From: an uncultured Gemmatimonadales bacterium
GTDB lineage: Bacteria > Gemmatimonadota > Gemmatimonadetes > Longimicrobiales > RSA9
Direction: 5' to 3'
Length of the DNA stretch: 64,000 bases
Assembly: GCA_963798845.1 (NCBI GenBank)
Contig: CAWCUS010000006.1
Location: 608,001-672,000 of the forward strand
The stretch's first letter is position 1. Each line of letters begins with the position of its first letter. Under the pieces are notes generated by a model. The model worked only from the letters and a program-made list of their open reading frames with translations, was not told the DNA's origin and ran no database searches. The translations under genes and the position numbers were made by a program. Of this stretch, positions 1 to 10,258 are shown in pieces.

Positions 1-1314
1 GGTCAGCGGCGTCACGACGTCCGGGACGACCCCCCGGCCTTCCACCCGGTTCCCATCCGGTCCGACGAGGTTGGCGATCGGGTGCATGAGAACGTCCCGG
101 TTGGGGAGTCGCACCAGGATCGCCGGCAGCGCCTGGCCGCCCGTGGTGTCCCCGAACACCCTCGCCCGGCCGAGTTCCTGGAGCGCCGCGGAGAAGATCT
201 CGCTGGTGGACATGGTCTCCCCGTCCACCAGAAGCGCGAGCGGTCCGGCGAACGGCTGCATGGCCTTCCCCTGCCGGGTCACGTGCCGCGGCATCGAGCG
301 GAGGTGCAGCTGCCCCTGGCGCGTCGTCATCACGCCGAGCTCCTTCTGCTCATCCATGAAATAGCCGGAGATCCCCATGACCATCCCCGCCACGCCGCCC
401 GGATTGCCGCGCAGGTCGAGCACCATGCCGCGGCACCGGCGCAGCGACTGCACGGCGTCGTCGAACGCCGGCAGGATCGGCGTCATCCAGATGTTGAAGC
501 GGATGACGCCGACGCACCCGGCTTCGCCCAGGTCCGCCGCCCGGGAATCGAGGGACGCGAACATCGTCGGCAGGTTGCCGAAGCGCACCGGCGTTCCGCG
601 GATGGGCACGGGCACCACCGGGACTTCCACTTCCCGGCCCGCGCCGTCGAGGAGCCGGAGGGCGACGGTGTCGCCGACGCGGCCCGCCAGGCGGGCGTTC
701 GCCGCGAACGCCACCCTCGCTTCGGCAAGGCGCCGCTGGGACGAGAGCGGCTCCAGGAACCCGAGGAAGCGGGACGCCGGCACAGGGCCGATGGCCTCCA
801 GGATCCACCCGGGCCGGACACCGGCGCGAGCGCCCGGAAGTCCGGGATCCGCGCGCGAGATCATGAGACGCCCGTCCACGATCCGCGTCTCCAGCCCCAC
901 GTCGCCGGGGTCGCCCTGGCTTCCGAGCGTCGAATCGGGGTCGAGCGCGTCGGCCGCCGAGGCCGGGATCACCAGGAAGTGGCTGTCGCCGAGCCGCTCG
1001 ACCATGGACTGGATCACGGCGCGGAGGGAGTCGGCGGAGCCGGCCCCGCCGGCCTGCTCGCGGTACTCCTGCCCGATGGCGGCCCAGTCCAGCCCGTGGA
1101 ACGTGGTGTCGTAGTATGCATGCTGGACCCGGCTCCACGCCGAGTCGAACACCGCCAGCGCCATCTCGCGCGTGACTGGCTCCGACGACGGCACGGGCGC
1201 GGTGTCCCCGGGCGCGGCGCCACTCCCGGGCGCGCAGCCGGCGACGGCGAGCGCGAGGAGCGCACCGGTGACCCGGCGCCTGTTGAACGCCCCGCCCGAA
1301 CTGCGTGAGCCCAT
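1..1314 (-). CDS. S41 family (C-terminal processing/tail-specific) peptidase, lipoprotein; 3' end runs off the window
   Basis: Manual translation from ATG 1314 (not in the ORF track): lipobox LAVAGC, FDSAWSRVQHAYYD, VLDLRGNPGG, TMSTSEIFSAALQELGRARVFG, VEGRGVVPD. Confidence 0.88.
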   Translation of the reverse strand, partial: MGSRSSGGAFNRRRVTGALLALAVAGCAPGSGAAPGDTAPVPSSEPVTREMALAVFDSAWSRVQHAYYDTTFHGLDWAAIGQEYREQAGGAGSADSLRAVIQSMVERLGDSHFLVIPASAADALDPDSTLGSQGDPGDVGLETRIVDGRLMISRADPGLPGARAGVRPGWILEAIGPVPASRFLGFLEPLSSQRRLAEARVAFAANARLAGRVGDTVALRLLDGAGREVEVPVVPVPIRGTPVRFGNLPTMFASLDSRAADLGEAGCVGVIRFNIWMTPILPAFDDAVQSLRRCRGMVLDLRGNPGGVAGMVMGISGYFMDEQKELGVMTTRQGQLHLRSMPRHVTRQGKAMQPFAGPLALLVDGETMSTSEIFSAALQELGRARVFGDTTGGQALPAILVRLPNRDVLMHPIANLVGPDGNRVEGRGVVPDVVTPLT

Positions 1315-1408
1315 GCGCTACCTTTCCGTTGATGCTTCGCGGGATCCCGACGCCGGCGGCGCGAATGAGGGAATATGGGAGAGGATGCCTGAATCCGGGA
1401 GCCCCGCC

Positions 1409-2317
1409 TCAGAACCCTGCTTTGCCCAGCGCCGCGCGAGTGCCCTCTACGTAGCCCGCGCCGAACAGATTCACGTGGACGAGGAGGTAATAGAGCTGGT
1501 AGATCGGGCGGCGCACGGGCTCGTATCCCGGCTCCAGGGGCCACGCCTCTTCGTAGGCGGTGCGGAAGCGGGCGCCGAAGCCGCCGAAGAGGTCGGCCAT
1601 GGCCAGGTCCACCTCGCGGTGCCCGTGGTACGCCGCGGGATCGATCACGGCGGCCGTGCCATCGGCGAGGACATGGACGTTCCCGCTCCACAGGTCGCCG
1701 TGGAGCAGGGAAGGCCCGTCGGCGGTCCCGGGCGCGAGAAGGCCATCGAGCGCGTGGAAGAGGGCGTCGAAGCGGCGGCGATCGGCGTCGCCGACCAGGC
1801 CGGCGTCGACGGCGCGGCGGAGCTGGGGCTCCAGCCGGCGGGTTCGCCAGAAGTCCGCCCAGCTCTCCAGCCATCCGTTGGACTGGGGGAGGGATCCGAT
1901 GAAGTTGTCCTCTTCCGCTCCGAATCGTCGGGCGCGGGTCCGGTGCAACGCGGCCATCCCTCGCCCCAGCCGCTGCCAGAAGTCGGGCGACGCAGCGCCC
2001 GGCTCCAGCCACTCGAGCAGCAGCCACTCGGGCTCCTGACCCACGGCGATGACCGCGGGCACGCGCACGGGGCCCGCGGAGCGCAGCGCCTCGAGGCCGC
2101 GAGCTTCGGCCGCGAGCATCCCCGCGGGGAGGTCCGGGCCGCGCCATTTCAGGAAGAAATCCAGTCCCGCGACGGTGCGCACGCGCGTGGTGGGACTGAT
2201 GCACCCGCCGGCGACGACAGCGGTGTCGGCGATCCTGCCGGCGCCGACTCCGCCCTCATCGCGGAGCGCCGCCTCGACGGCGGCGCGGACGGGCTCCGGG
2301 AGCCTGACGCCGCTCAC
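1409..2317 (-). CDS. fructosamine kinase family protein
   Basis: VAGGCIS, FFLK, DNFIGSLPQ, PSLLHGDLWSGN, IDPAAYHGHREVDLAM, YQLYYLLVHVNLFG. Confidence 0.93.
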   Translation of the reverse strand: MSGVRLPEPVRAAVEAALRDEGGVGAGRIADTAVVAGGCISPTTRVRTVAGLDFFLKWRGPDLPAGMLAAEARGLEALRSAGPVRVPAVIAVGQEPEWLLLEWLEPGAASPDFWQRLGRGMAALHRTRARRFGAEEDNFIGSLPQSNGWLESWADFWRTRRLEPQLRRAVDAGLVGDADRRRFDALFHALDGLLAPGTADGPSLLHGDLWSGNVHVLADGTAAVIDPAAYHGHREVDLAMADLFGGFGARFRTAYEEAWPLEPGYEPVRRPIYQLYYLLVHVNLFGAGYVEGTRAALGKAGF

Positions 2318-2802
2318 AGCCCGCGGTCGGCGCGGATGTGGGAAAGCAGCCCCGCGACGGACCGCTCCACGAGCTCGTGGACGTCCTCGAACCCCCGGGA
2401 GCCGCCGAAATAGGGATCCGGGACGTCCAGCGCCCCGTCCGCCTCCGGATCGAACTCCCGCAGCAGCCGGACTTCGGCGCCGCCCGCTCCATCGCGCAGC
2501 GCTTCCACGGCGCGTCGGTTCTCGCCGTCCATGGCCACGACGTAGTCGAAAGTGGCGAGGTCGTCACGGGTGATGCGTCGGCTCGCCCCTTCCACCGTGA
2601 CGCCCCGGGCCGCGGCTACGGCCGTGGTCCGCGGGTCCGGCGACTCGCCGCGGTGGTAGCCGGACGTTCCGGCGGAGTCCACGCGGAACCGGTCGTGGAG
2701 GCCGGCGTCATCGACGGCGCTGCGGAAGAGCGCTTCCGCGAGCGGCGACCGGCAGATGTTGCCCAGGCACACGAACAGGACGGAGATGTGGGCGTCTGGC
2801 AT
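2314..2802 (-). CDS. low-molecular-weight protein-tyrosine phosphatase
   Basis: VCLGNICRS P-loop, DSAGT, VPDPYFGG. Start placed at ATG 2802; overlaps the kinase start by 4 nt. Confidence 0.93.
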   Translation of the reverse strand: MPDAHISVLFVCLGNICRSPLAEALFRSAVDDAGLHDRFRVDSAGTSGYHRGESPDPRTTAVAAARGVTVEGASRRITRDDLATFDYVVAMDGENRRAVEALRDGAGGAEVRLLREFDPEADGALDVPDPYFGGSRGFEDVHELVERSVAGLLSHIRADRGL

Positions 2803-2911
2803 GGCGCTCGCTCCATTGGGGTCACCGGTGGAAAGTGTGCGCATCGGCCCGGCCGTCAAGCGGCGGGTGTGTTATCTTCCCGCCCGAGTCAACGTCTCCC
2901 GGACATGAGCG

Positions 2912-3409
2912 ATGCGAAGACTAGTCCCCACCCTGGCCCTGCTCGCGCTCGCCGCGTGCGACGTGTCGACCGGGCCCACCGAAGTGAAGCTGGACGACCT
3001 GCACGACCCGCCGCGAAACGACGCGGCCGTCGCGCTGACGAAGGATCTGGACGACGGCTTCGGCACGACGGTGCTCGCGTCGGCCACGCAGTACTTCTTT
3101 CCGCTGCTGGTGCCCGCACCCGTGCCCGAGTTCATCTATCTCCACGAGCAGAGCAGCTCGTCGCTCCGGATCGTGCTGCCGGACACGCACACGACCGGGA
3201 TCTTCAATACGGCCGCGGACAGCGTCGATTTCGCCTTCACGGCTCCCGATGGCTCGACCTACCGGCCGCTCACTTCGTGCCGGATCACGGTGACCTCCGC
3301 GCTGAACGACGCGGGCACGGGTCGACTCCAGGGGAAGACGGACTGCCCGGCCACGAATACGGTCCAGGACGTCCGGGTGCTGGTGAAGTTCGACTACACG
3401 CCCGGCTGA
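2912..3409 (+). CDS. hypothetical lipoprotein
   Basis: MRRLVPTLALLALAAC lipobox and coding-like composition. Confidence 0.75.
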   Translation: MRRLVPTLALLALAACDVSTGPTEVKLDDLHDPPRNDAAVALTKDLDDGFGTTVLASATQYFFPLLVPAPVPEFIYLHEQSSSSLRIVLPDTHTTGIFNTAADSVDFAFTAPDGSTYRPLTSCRITVTSALNDAGTGRLQGKTDCPATNTVQDVRVLVKFDYTPG

Positions 3410-3412
3410 TCC

Positions 3413-4753
3413 GTGGCGCGTCCCGGGCCCAGGCGTGCGCGACCGCGGCGGACGGCAATGCATCGCCACACGAGCCGGAACCGGGTCGCCCGCCACCGGC
3501 CGGGAACACTGACGGCGGGAGCGGCGAAGCAGCAGGCGGGGAGGCGGCTGGCCCCGTTCCGCCAGGCGTCGCGGCTCGCGCTGGGCGTGACCGCCCTGGG
3601 GCTGCTCCTGCTCGGCACGTCGCCCGCCGCCGTGCCGGCTGCGCCGGCGGCCGCCGCGGCGACGAGCTTCGCGTCCCCCGGGCCGTCGCAGGCCGGGGAC
3701 ACGCTTCCTGCCGGCGACACCCTCCAGGGCGGCGGCGCTCCCCGTGCCGACTCGGTCAGCCGAGCGGACACGGCGGCCGCGGCAAACCCGGGCGAGTCGG
3801 CGCGGCGGGCCACGGGAACGCTCCGGGCGCTCGGCCGCACGACGTACAACCTCCTGCCTGCGCTGGGAATCGCGCTGCTGGTCCTGGTGCTGGCGGGCGT
3901 GCTGGCGAAGCTGGTCGGAATGGTGCTGCGGCGGGCGCTTGCCAGCTGGGAGCGTGCGCAGGCGATCGCGGCGCTGGTGTCGATCGCGATCTGGCTGCTG
4001 GCGCTGGGGGCGGCGCTCAGCATCGTGGCGGGCGATGCCCGCGCCCTCGTCGGCTCGGTGGGCCTGTTCGGGCTCGCGCTCTCCTGGGCGCTGCAGGGGC
4101 CGATCGAGAGCTTCACCGGCTGGCTGCTCAACTCCTTCCGCTCCTACTATCGCGTGGGCGACCGCATCGCCGTCGGCGACGTCTTCGGCGACGTCGCGCG
4201 CATCGATTTCCTGACCACCACCGTTTTCGAGGCGGGCGGCGCGCAGAAGAGCGTGCAGGCCGCGCAGTCCACCGGAGCGCTGATCACGTTCCCGAACTCG
4301 GAAGTGCTGCGCTCGAACGTGGTGAACTACACCCGCGACTTTCCGTACGTGTGGGACGAGCTGACCGTGGGCGTGGCGAACGAGAGCGATCTCGGCGCCG
4401 CGATCGCAGCGCTCCAGGCCGTGGCGGACCGCGAGGTGGGGGAGCGGATGGAGGCGGCGGCCAGGGAGTACGCCGCGCTGCTGGAGCGGGCGGGGCTGGG
4501 GTGGGATGTGGCGACGCGGCCGTCGGTTTACGTGGCGGCGCGGGAATCGTGGACGGACCTGACGGTCCGCTACCTGGTGCCGGCCCGCGAGATGCGGAAG
4601 TGGTCGTCGCGGCTGCTGCTCGCCGTGAACGCGGAGCTGGCGGAGCCGGCGTTGCGCGACCGGGTGTTCCCGGCGTACAACCGTTCGCAGGTTCAGCAGG
4701 TCCCGCCGCCGCGCTGGGCGGGGGACCAGGGCACGGATCAGGAGGGCGCGTGA
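3413..4753 (+). CDS. MscS-family mechanosensitive ion channel with long N-terminal extension (true start may be downstream)
   Basis: TM helices followed by GLALSWALQGPIESF, YRVGDRIAVGDVFGDVARIDFLTT, ITFPNS, VVNYTRD. Confidence 0.88.
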   Translation: MARPGPRRARPRRTAMHRHTSRNRVARHRPGTLTAGAAKQQAGRRLAPFRQASRLALGVTALGLLLLGTSPAAVPAAPAAAAATSFASPGPSQAGDTLPAGDTLQGGGAPRADSVSRADTAAAANPGESARRATGTLRALGRTTYNLLPALGIALLVLVLAGVLAKLVGMVLRRALASWERAQAIAALVSIAIWLLALGAALSIVAGDARALVGSVGLFGLALSWALQGPIESFTGWLLNSFRSYYRVGDRIAVGDVFGDVARIDFLTTTVFEAGGAQKSVQAAQSTGALITFPNSEVLRSNVVNYTRDFPYVWDELTVGVANESDLGAAIAALQAVADREVGERMEAAAREYAALLERAGLGWDVATRPSVYVAARESWTDLTVRYLVPAREMRKWSSRLLLAVNAELAEPALRDRVFPAYNRSQVQQVPPPRWAGDQGTDQEGA

Positions 4754-5682
4754 CACGAGGGACGTGGGTGTGGCGCGGCGGCGTCGCCGCGCTGGCGCTG
4801 GTCGCCGGCTGCGGCCCCGCAGAGACGGCCATTCCGGCCGGCAACGGTGTGTGTGCGGCGCCGGTGATGCAGGCGCAGCTACCCCCGGCGCTGAGTGAGA
4901 GCAGCGGCGTCGCTGCGAGCGCCGCCTTTCCTGGCATCTTCTGGACCCACAACGACTCCGGCGGTCTGCCGGTGGTGTACGCCATGACCGAACAGGGCGA
5001 AGTGGTGGGGGCGGTGACGGTGCGGGGGGCGACGAACCGCGACTGGGAGGACGTGGCGGTGGGGGCGTGCGGCGGAGGGAAGTCGGGCAGCTGCCTGTAC
5101 ATCGCGGACACCGGGGACAACAACGAGCGGCACGATGAGTCCATCATCTACCGCGTGCCGGAGCCGGATCCGCGCAGCGACAGCGTGACAGCCGCGGCGA
5201 CGGCGATCCGTTTCCGCTACCCCGACGGGCCGCGCGACGCCGAGGCCGTATTCGTGGCCGACACGGTCATCTACATCATCAGCAAGGGCAGGAGCAGCGC
5301 GATCGAGCTGTACCGGCTGGTCGGGCCGGCGCGCCGCGGCCGGGTGTCGACGGCGGAGGCCATGCAGCAGGTGGCGCCGCCCCCGACGAGCGTCTCCGCC
5401 CAGGTCACGGCGGCGGACCGGGATCCCCGGAGCGGGCGAGTTGCCGTGCGCACGTACGGCTCGCTGCGCTTCTACGAGATGCGGGCCGATACGCTCGTCC
5501 CGCTGGGGCGGGAAGCCGACGTGGTCTCGCCGGCGCAGCTGCAGGGGGAGGGCGTCGCGTTCATCGCCCGTGACACGCTGATCCTGACGAGCGAGTCCAA
5601 GGGGCCGCTGCCGGCGCTGGTGGACGTGGTCTCCTGCGACCCTTTGCGGACGGCGTCCGACTCCACGGCCGGGGGGGCGTAG
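4750..5682 (+). CDS. conserved hypothetical lipoprotein, probable beta-propeller
   Basis: GTG 4750 overlaps the mscS stop; lipobox LVAGC; SESSGVAAS, FWTHNDSG, DWEDVA, LYIADTGDN, YPDGPRDAEA. This is the real part of the 2338..5682 ORF. Confidence 0.8.
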   Translation: MTRGTWVWRGGVAALALVAGCGPAETAIPAGNGVCAAPVMQAQLPPALSESSGVAASAAFPGIFWTHNDSGGLPVVYAMTEQGEVVGAVTVRGATNRDWEDVAVGACGGGKSGSCLYIADTGDNNERHDESIIYRVPEPDPRSDSVTAAATAIRFRYPDGPRDAEAVFVADTVIYIISKGRSSAIELYRLVGPARRGRVSTAEAMQQVAPPPTSVSAQVTAADRDPRSGRVAVRTYGSLRFYEMRADTLVPLGREADVVSPAQLQGEGVAFIARDTLILTSESKGPLPALVDVVSCDPLRTASDSTAGGA

Positions 5683-8320
5683 CGGCCGTCAGCCGCTGGA
5701 ACCGGACCTCGGCGTCGACATAGCCCTCGCCGGGCGCGCCGGGGAACCGAACGCGCAGGTGGGCGACCCCGCTCTCCGCGCCCGCGACCTCGGCACCCCT
5801 GAGCCGGCGAACGCGGTCCGTCCTCAGCTCGACCTCGTGCACGCTGCCGGCGGGAGCCTGCAGGCGCAGCACGTAGTCGGGGCCGTCCCGCCGGAAATCC
5901 AGGATCCTGAGCCCATGCGGCGCGTCCCCCACGCGCAGGGGCTCGCGTGGGGGCACGATCTCCACGCCGCCATCGTACTCCAGCTCCACCAGCGCTTCGT
6001 CATCGAGCGGGAGCTCCACGCCGGCGTGCACGTCGTGAGGAGACGCCTCGACCTGGACATCCGCGTCGCGATCGTTCACGGTGGCGCGCGTGACGCGGCT
6101 TCCGAGCGGCAGGGCGGGGGCGACCCGCACGTGCAGCGGCCGTACCGGCCCGCGCCTGGCGAGGTGGATGCAGTACGTCCCGTGTCCGCGCCGGATGGAG
6201 AGATCGACGGTGTCGCGCCCCACCACCACACCGGAGACCTGGAGCGAGTCCCAGTCCGCGGGCAGGTGCGGCGCGAGCTCGAGCGCCGCGTGGGGGGCGT
6301 CCTGAGTCACGCCCAGGAGGCCGCGCACGAGCGGCGTCACGAGCATGGAGGTGGCGAAGAACTGCTGGGGGACCGTGGTATCCAGGGTCCGGTAGAACGC
6401 ACCTGACAGGAGCTCCGGGTTGCGGCCGCGGGCGAAGTCGAACGTGGTCCGCGCGATGTCCCGCAGCAGCTCGTAGCCCTCCCACGAACGGTGGTAGCGG
6501 TAGTGCGCGAGCGCCGTGAAGCCGGTCATGAACGGCCAGACGGCGCCGTTGTTGTAGTGCAGCGGCTGGTACAGCGGGTGCTCCGCGGAGAGCAGCCGCG
6601 TGCCCCAGTCGGTGGTCACGTCCGCCGCCGCCAGCCGGGCCAGCATGCGGTCCGCACGCGCGGGGTCGAGCAGGCCGAACGACATGACGGTCGCTGGCCA
6701 CACCGTCACCGCCGCGTTGACGCGGAGGTCGCCTTCCGCCGCGGCGCGCGTACCTTCCGCCGATTCCTCCCCCGGCTCCAGGAGGGCGAAGGCGTAGATC
6801 CCTTCGTCGCCGAGCCAGAACTGTCGCTCGATCGTGGCGAGGGCGCGCTCCTGGAGCCGGTCGGCGACGGCGGCGAGGCTGTCACGGCCGACCGCGCGGG
6901 CCATGTCCCGGACCCCGCCCAGCGCCACCGTCCACATCCCGGCCAGGTAGATGTCCGTGTGGAGCGACTCGCCGAGCCCTCCGACCTCGATCGCTCCCGC
7001 TCCCGCTGCCGGGTTCTCCATGAGGCCGTCGCCATCGGCGTCCGTGTTGCGCGACCATTCGAACGCGCGCTCGATGGCAGCCCATTCCGAGCGGAGGAAG
7101 CCGGTGTCCCCGCTGGCCCGCCAGTACTCGGAGCACGCCACGATCCAGTACGGGGTCGTGTCGCCGTGGTACCAGGTGTAGGGGTAGTCGGAGAACCACG
7201 GCAGCCACGGCGCGGCGTGGGAGATCTCGTGCGGGATCTTGCCGTCCGCGCGCTGGTACCGGGCGAGAAACTCGAGCCCGGCCCGCACCATCGCGAGCTG
7301 TCCCGTCCCGTCCATGGCGAAGGAGTTGATGGCGGCGTCCCCGCCGAAATACCAGCCGAAGCCGGGGCGGAAGTTCCCCGCGCCGGCCCGACCGAAGCCG
7401 GCGACGAGGCCACAGCCCAGGCCCGGATTGCACACCAGCTGCTGGTCGAGGTTGACGCGCGCCCAGTCGTACGCGGCGTCCAGCCAGGGCTCGGGAGAGC
7501 GGAGCGTGGGTCCGCCCGAAAGCACGCCGCGGTAGTGCCCGGCGCTCTCGCGCCAGTACGCCGGCGCGCCGGTCAGCAGACGCTCGTAGATGCCGGCCAC
7601 GCTGTCGGCGCTGATCGCGCCACCCGCGAAAGCGATGGGGATCAGGTCCCCCGTCGAGCGCGCGGGATCGAAGCGGAGCGTGAACCGGCTCGGGATGGTG
7701 GGGGCGTCGTGAGCGGGGTGGGTGGTGCCGTCCACCGCGAACGGGGAGCCCACCATGGCGTTGAAGCGGTGCACTCCGCCCTCCGAGAGCAGGAACGCGC
7801 GGCGGTCCTCGTCCCACGTCATGTACTGCCCGCCGAAGCTCCCCGGCCACGCCAGATCGAAGTCGGCGTGCATCCCGACCCGGATCTCCAGCGGCCCGAC
7901 CGTCCGAACGTCCAGGAGGATCACGCCGCCGCGCTCGTCCCGCGGCACCAGGATGTGCTCGCGTACGGTGAACGTGGCGTGGGTGTACGTCACGGTCGTC
8001 GCAGCCGGCGTGACCTCGACCGTGGTCGCGACCCGTGCGCCGGGGATCGGATCATCGTACTCGGGGATGGCGAACGAGAGCTCCAGGTCCCGCACCAGCT
8101 TGAGCGGCCACGCCCACAGCTCGAGCGCGCCCGTCTCGTCTCCGAACACCGCCGCCCGCCTTCCCGTCACAGAGATGAAGGCGCCGGGACGCGCAGGTCC
8201 CTCCAGGCGCAGGGCCGGGTCCGGGGTCTCGAAACTGGACACCCCCTGTCCACTGGCGGGGGCATGCACGAGCACCGAAAGAGCCAGCGCCGACGCGGCG
8301 CACCGGGCGATGGTGGGCAT
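5561..8320 (-). CDS. secreted amylo-alpha-1,6-glucosidase / glycogen-debranching-like (alpha/alpha)6 glycoside hydrolase
   Basis: Signal peptide from ATG 8320; RPGFGWYFGGDA, YQRADGKIPHE, GDTTPYWI, YNNGAVWP, PELLSG, QQFFATS. The C-terminal end is uncertain. Confidence 0.82.
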   Translation of the reverse strand: MPTIARCAASALALSVLVHAPASGQGVSSFETPDPALRLEGPARPGAFISVTGRRAAVFGDETGALELWAWPLKLVRDLELSFAIPEYDDPIPGARVATTVEVTPAATTVTYTHATFTVREHILVPRDERGGVILLDVRTVGPLEIRVGMHADFDLAWPGSFGGQYMTWDEDRRAFLLSEGGVHRFNAMVGSPFAVDGTTHPAHDAPTIPSRFTLRFDPARSTGDLIPIAFAGGAISADSVAGIYERLLTGAPAYWRESAGHYRGVLSGGPTLRSPEPWLDAAYDWARVNLDQQLVCNPGLGCGLVAGFGRAGAGNFRPGFGWYFGGDAAINSFAMDGTGQLAMVRAGLEFLARYQRADGKIPHEISHAAPWLPWFSDYPYTWYHGDTTPYWIVACSEYWRASGDTGFLRSEWAAIERAFEWSRNTDADGDGLMENPAAGAGAIEVGGLGESLHTDIYLAGMWTVALGGVRDMARAVGRDSLAAVADRLQERALATIERQFWLGDEGIYAFALLEPGEESAEGTRAAAEGDLRVNAAVTVWPATVMSFGLLDPARADRMLARLAAADVTTDWGTRLLSAEHPLYQPLHYNNGAVWPFMTGFTALAHYRYHRSWEGYELLRDIARTTFDFARGRNPELLSGAFYRTLDTTVPQQFFATSMLVTPLVRGLLGVTQDAPHAALELAPHLPADWDSLQVSGVVVGRDTVDLSIRRGHGTYCIHLARRGPVRPLHVRVAPALPLGSRVTRATVNDRDADVQVEASPHDVHAGVELPLDDEALVELEYDGGVEIVPPREPLRVGDAPHGLRILDFRRDGPDYVLRLQAPAGSVHEVELRTDRVRRLRGAEVAGAESGVAHLRVRFPGAPGEGYVDAEVRFQRLTAATPPRPWSRTPSAKGRRRPRPPAPAAAPWTRSSGSACHGR

Positions 8321-8440
8321 GGTCCATGAAGATACGGCTCCAGTGGCCGCGGCCAAGCCCGCCCCCGGCCGTGGCACGGGTGATGCACCCTAATACGTTG
8401 AATTCCTTGCGGTTACACGGGGAATGGGGGGGAGAGACGA

Positions 8441-9364
8441 ATGGGCGAGCTGGAACAGAACGATCGGCGGCGGGACCAGGGTGCGGGGCCGTTCCCGCAG
8501 GAACGCGTGGGCGATCACGTATGGGAGCCCACGGAAATCGAGCGGGGGCCGTTCGAGCGGCGGCGGTCCGGGGACCGGCGCGCACTGGACCCGGCGGAGG
8601 CGGGGGGCACCGGTGCCGCGGGCGACGAGGACATGGAGCGTCGCCGGCGCTGGGGGCGTCGGAAGTCGGACGTCCTGTCCACGTCGGCGAGGGAATCGCT
8701 GCTCGGTCGAAGCCGGATGTTCGTCCGTCGTTTCCAGAAGCCGCTGATCGGCCTCACGCTGGCGGGGGCCGCCGCTCCGCTGATCAACGCCGGGACACGC
8801 TCCGCGGCGGACGGCAGGACGCCCGCGACCGTGAAGGAGCCACGGGCCGCGCGTCCGGGGGAGGGCGCGACGCAGGCGGCGCAGGCGACGGACCTGGACT
8901 CGAGCGTGTCGGAGGCGTGGGCGGAGGCGAACGCCGCGGCCGTCCGGGAGCAGACGGTCCAGGGCGCGGTCACGCACTACAACATCGATTCGGAGCTGGC
9001 GACGCAGATCTACGACGCGGCCACGCGCCACCAGATCGAGCCCGACGTGGCGTATGGACTGGTGTTCACCGAGAGCACGTTCCGGCAGCGCGCCGTGAGC
9101 AACGTGGGCGCGCGCGGCCTGACGCAGGTCATGCCGCGCACGGCGCGCTGGCTCAAGCCGGGCACCACGGCGCGTGACCTCTACGACCCGGCCACGAACC
9201 TGGATGTCGGCTTCAGGTACCTGAAACGGCTCATCGACCGGTACGACGGCGACGTGGAGACGGCCCTGACCGCGTACAACCGTGGTCCCGGGACCGTGGA
9301 CAGGATCCTCAAGCGGGGCGGCAACCCGGACAACGGGTACGCCGGGAAGGTGTTGACGGGGTGA
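8441..9364 (+). CDS. lytic transglycosylase (SLT domain)
   Basis: TESTF, AVSNVGARGLTQVMPRTA, LYDPATNLDVGFRYL, ALTAYNRGPG; TM segment before the domain. Confidence 0.92.
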   Translation: MGELEQNDRRRDQGAGPFPQERVGDHVWEPTEIERGPFERRRSGDRRALDPAEAGGTGAAGDEDMERRRRWGRRKSDVLSTSARESLLGRSRMFVRRFQKPLIGLTLAGAAAPLINAGTRSAADGRTPATVKEPRAARPGEGATQAAQATDLDSSVSEAWAEANAAAVREQTVQGAVTHYNIDSELATQIYDAATRHQIEPDVAYGLVFTESTFRQRAVSNVGARGLTQVMPRTARWLKPGTTARDLYDPATNLDVGFRYLKRLIDRYDGDVETALTAYNRGPGTVDRILKRGGNPDNGYAGKVLTG

Positions 9365-9409
9365 GGGCCGTGGCGCAGGCCTGACGTCCGGCTCCGCGCG
9401 GCGGAAGAC

Positions 9410-9443
9410 AGCCCCGCCGGCTCCCTCGAGGGCCGGCGGGGCT
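9410..9443. terminator. GC-rich hairpin between convergent genes
   Basis: agccccgccggc-tccctcgagg-gccggcggggct, 12-bp stem. Confidence 0.65.
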
Positions 9444-9451
9444 TCGACTCG

Positions 9452-10231
9452 TCAGATCTTACGGAGCCGGATGCTTCCGTTCACCGTGGAGAGACGCATC
9501 TCCGGGCCGCCATCGCCGATGCTCCCGCGCAGGCTGCGCGGGTTCATCTTCCCGTGGACCATGATGGGGAAGTCCGAGTCGATGCCGCCGTTGACCGTGG
9601 TGGCGTGGAAGTCGGCGTTCAGCCCTTCCGGTATCTCGACGGTGATGCTGCCATTCACGGTCTGGAACTCCACGTCGTCGGAGAGCCGGCTGTCGCCCAG
9701 ACGACACGTGATGTCACCGTTCACCGAGCTCGCATTGGCGAAGCCGGAGGTCTGCACGTCCACGTCCCCGTTGACCGTGGTCGCGTGCACGTCGGACTGC
9801 ACGCCGCTGGCGTGGATCTCACCGTTCACCGTGACCCCGGCCAGCTTCACGCCGCGCGGGACCTGAACCGTGAACTCGACCTTGACGTCGTTGTCCCGGA
9901 CGTTGTTGCTCCCACCGCCCGGGCGGCATTCGTTGGCCCGCCGCGAGCCGGACGGCGTGGGGTAGATCGCGCAGATCGTGACACCGTCGTCGTGCTCCAC
10001 CACTTCGATGCGCACGCTGCCCGGGTCGTCTCGCCGGCCCTTGCGGCTGGCTACCACGTGGGCCTCGGCGTCCGGGCTCGCGGTGGCGTCGATGCTCCCG
10101 TTGACGCCACGGATCTCGAGCGTCTCGCCCTCGGCGATCTTGCCGTTCCAGCGGAAATCCGGCGACTGGGCGGCGCCGGGCGCAGCCGTGGCCACGATCA
10201 CTGCGGCGGCGAGCAGAATGCTGCTCTTCAT
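9452..10231 (-). CDS. DUF4097 family beta-strand repeat exported protein
   Basis: Signal peptide, repeated TVNGxI motifs, C-terminal LSTVNGSIRLRK. Confidence 0.9.
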   Translation of the reverse strand: MKSSILLAAAVIVATAAPGAAQSPDFRWNGKIAEGETLEIRGVNGSIDATASPDAEAHVVASRKGRRDDPGSVRIEVVEHDDGVTICAIYPTPSGSRRANECRPGGGSNNVRDNDVKVEFTVQVPRGVKLAGVTVNGEIHASGVQSDVHATTVNGDVDVQTSGFANASSVNGDITCRLGDSRLSDDVEFQTVNGSITVEIPEGLNADFHATTVNGGIDSDFPIMVHGKMNPRSLRGSIGDGGPEMRLSTVNGSIRLRKI

Positions 10232-10258
10232 CGGTCCCTCCTCTATCAGCGCGACCCC

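Noticed and set aside
1409..2802. Fructosamine kinase plus LMW-PTP as a novel system
   Set aside because: To my knowledge this is a common gene pairing, and nothing unusual appears in the motifs.
2338..5682. 1114-aa ORF as one giant protein
   Set aside because: The first ~800 aa are an Arg/Gly/Ala-rich shadow frame over three real genes; only 4750-5682 is protein-like.
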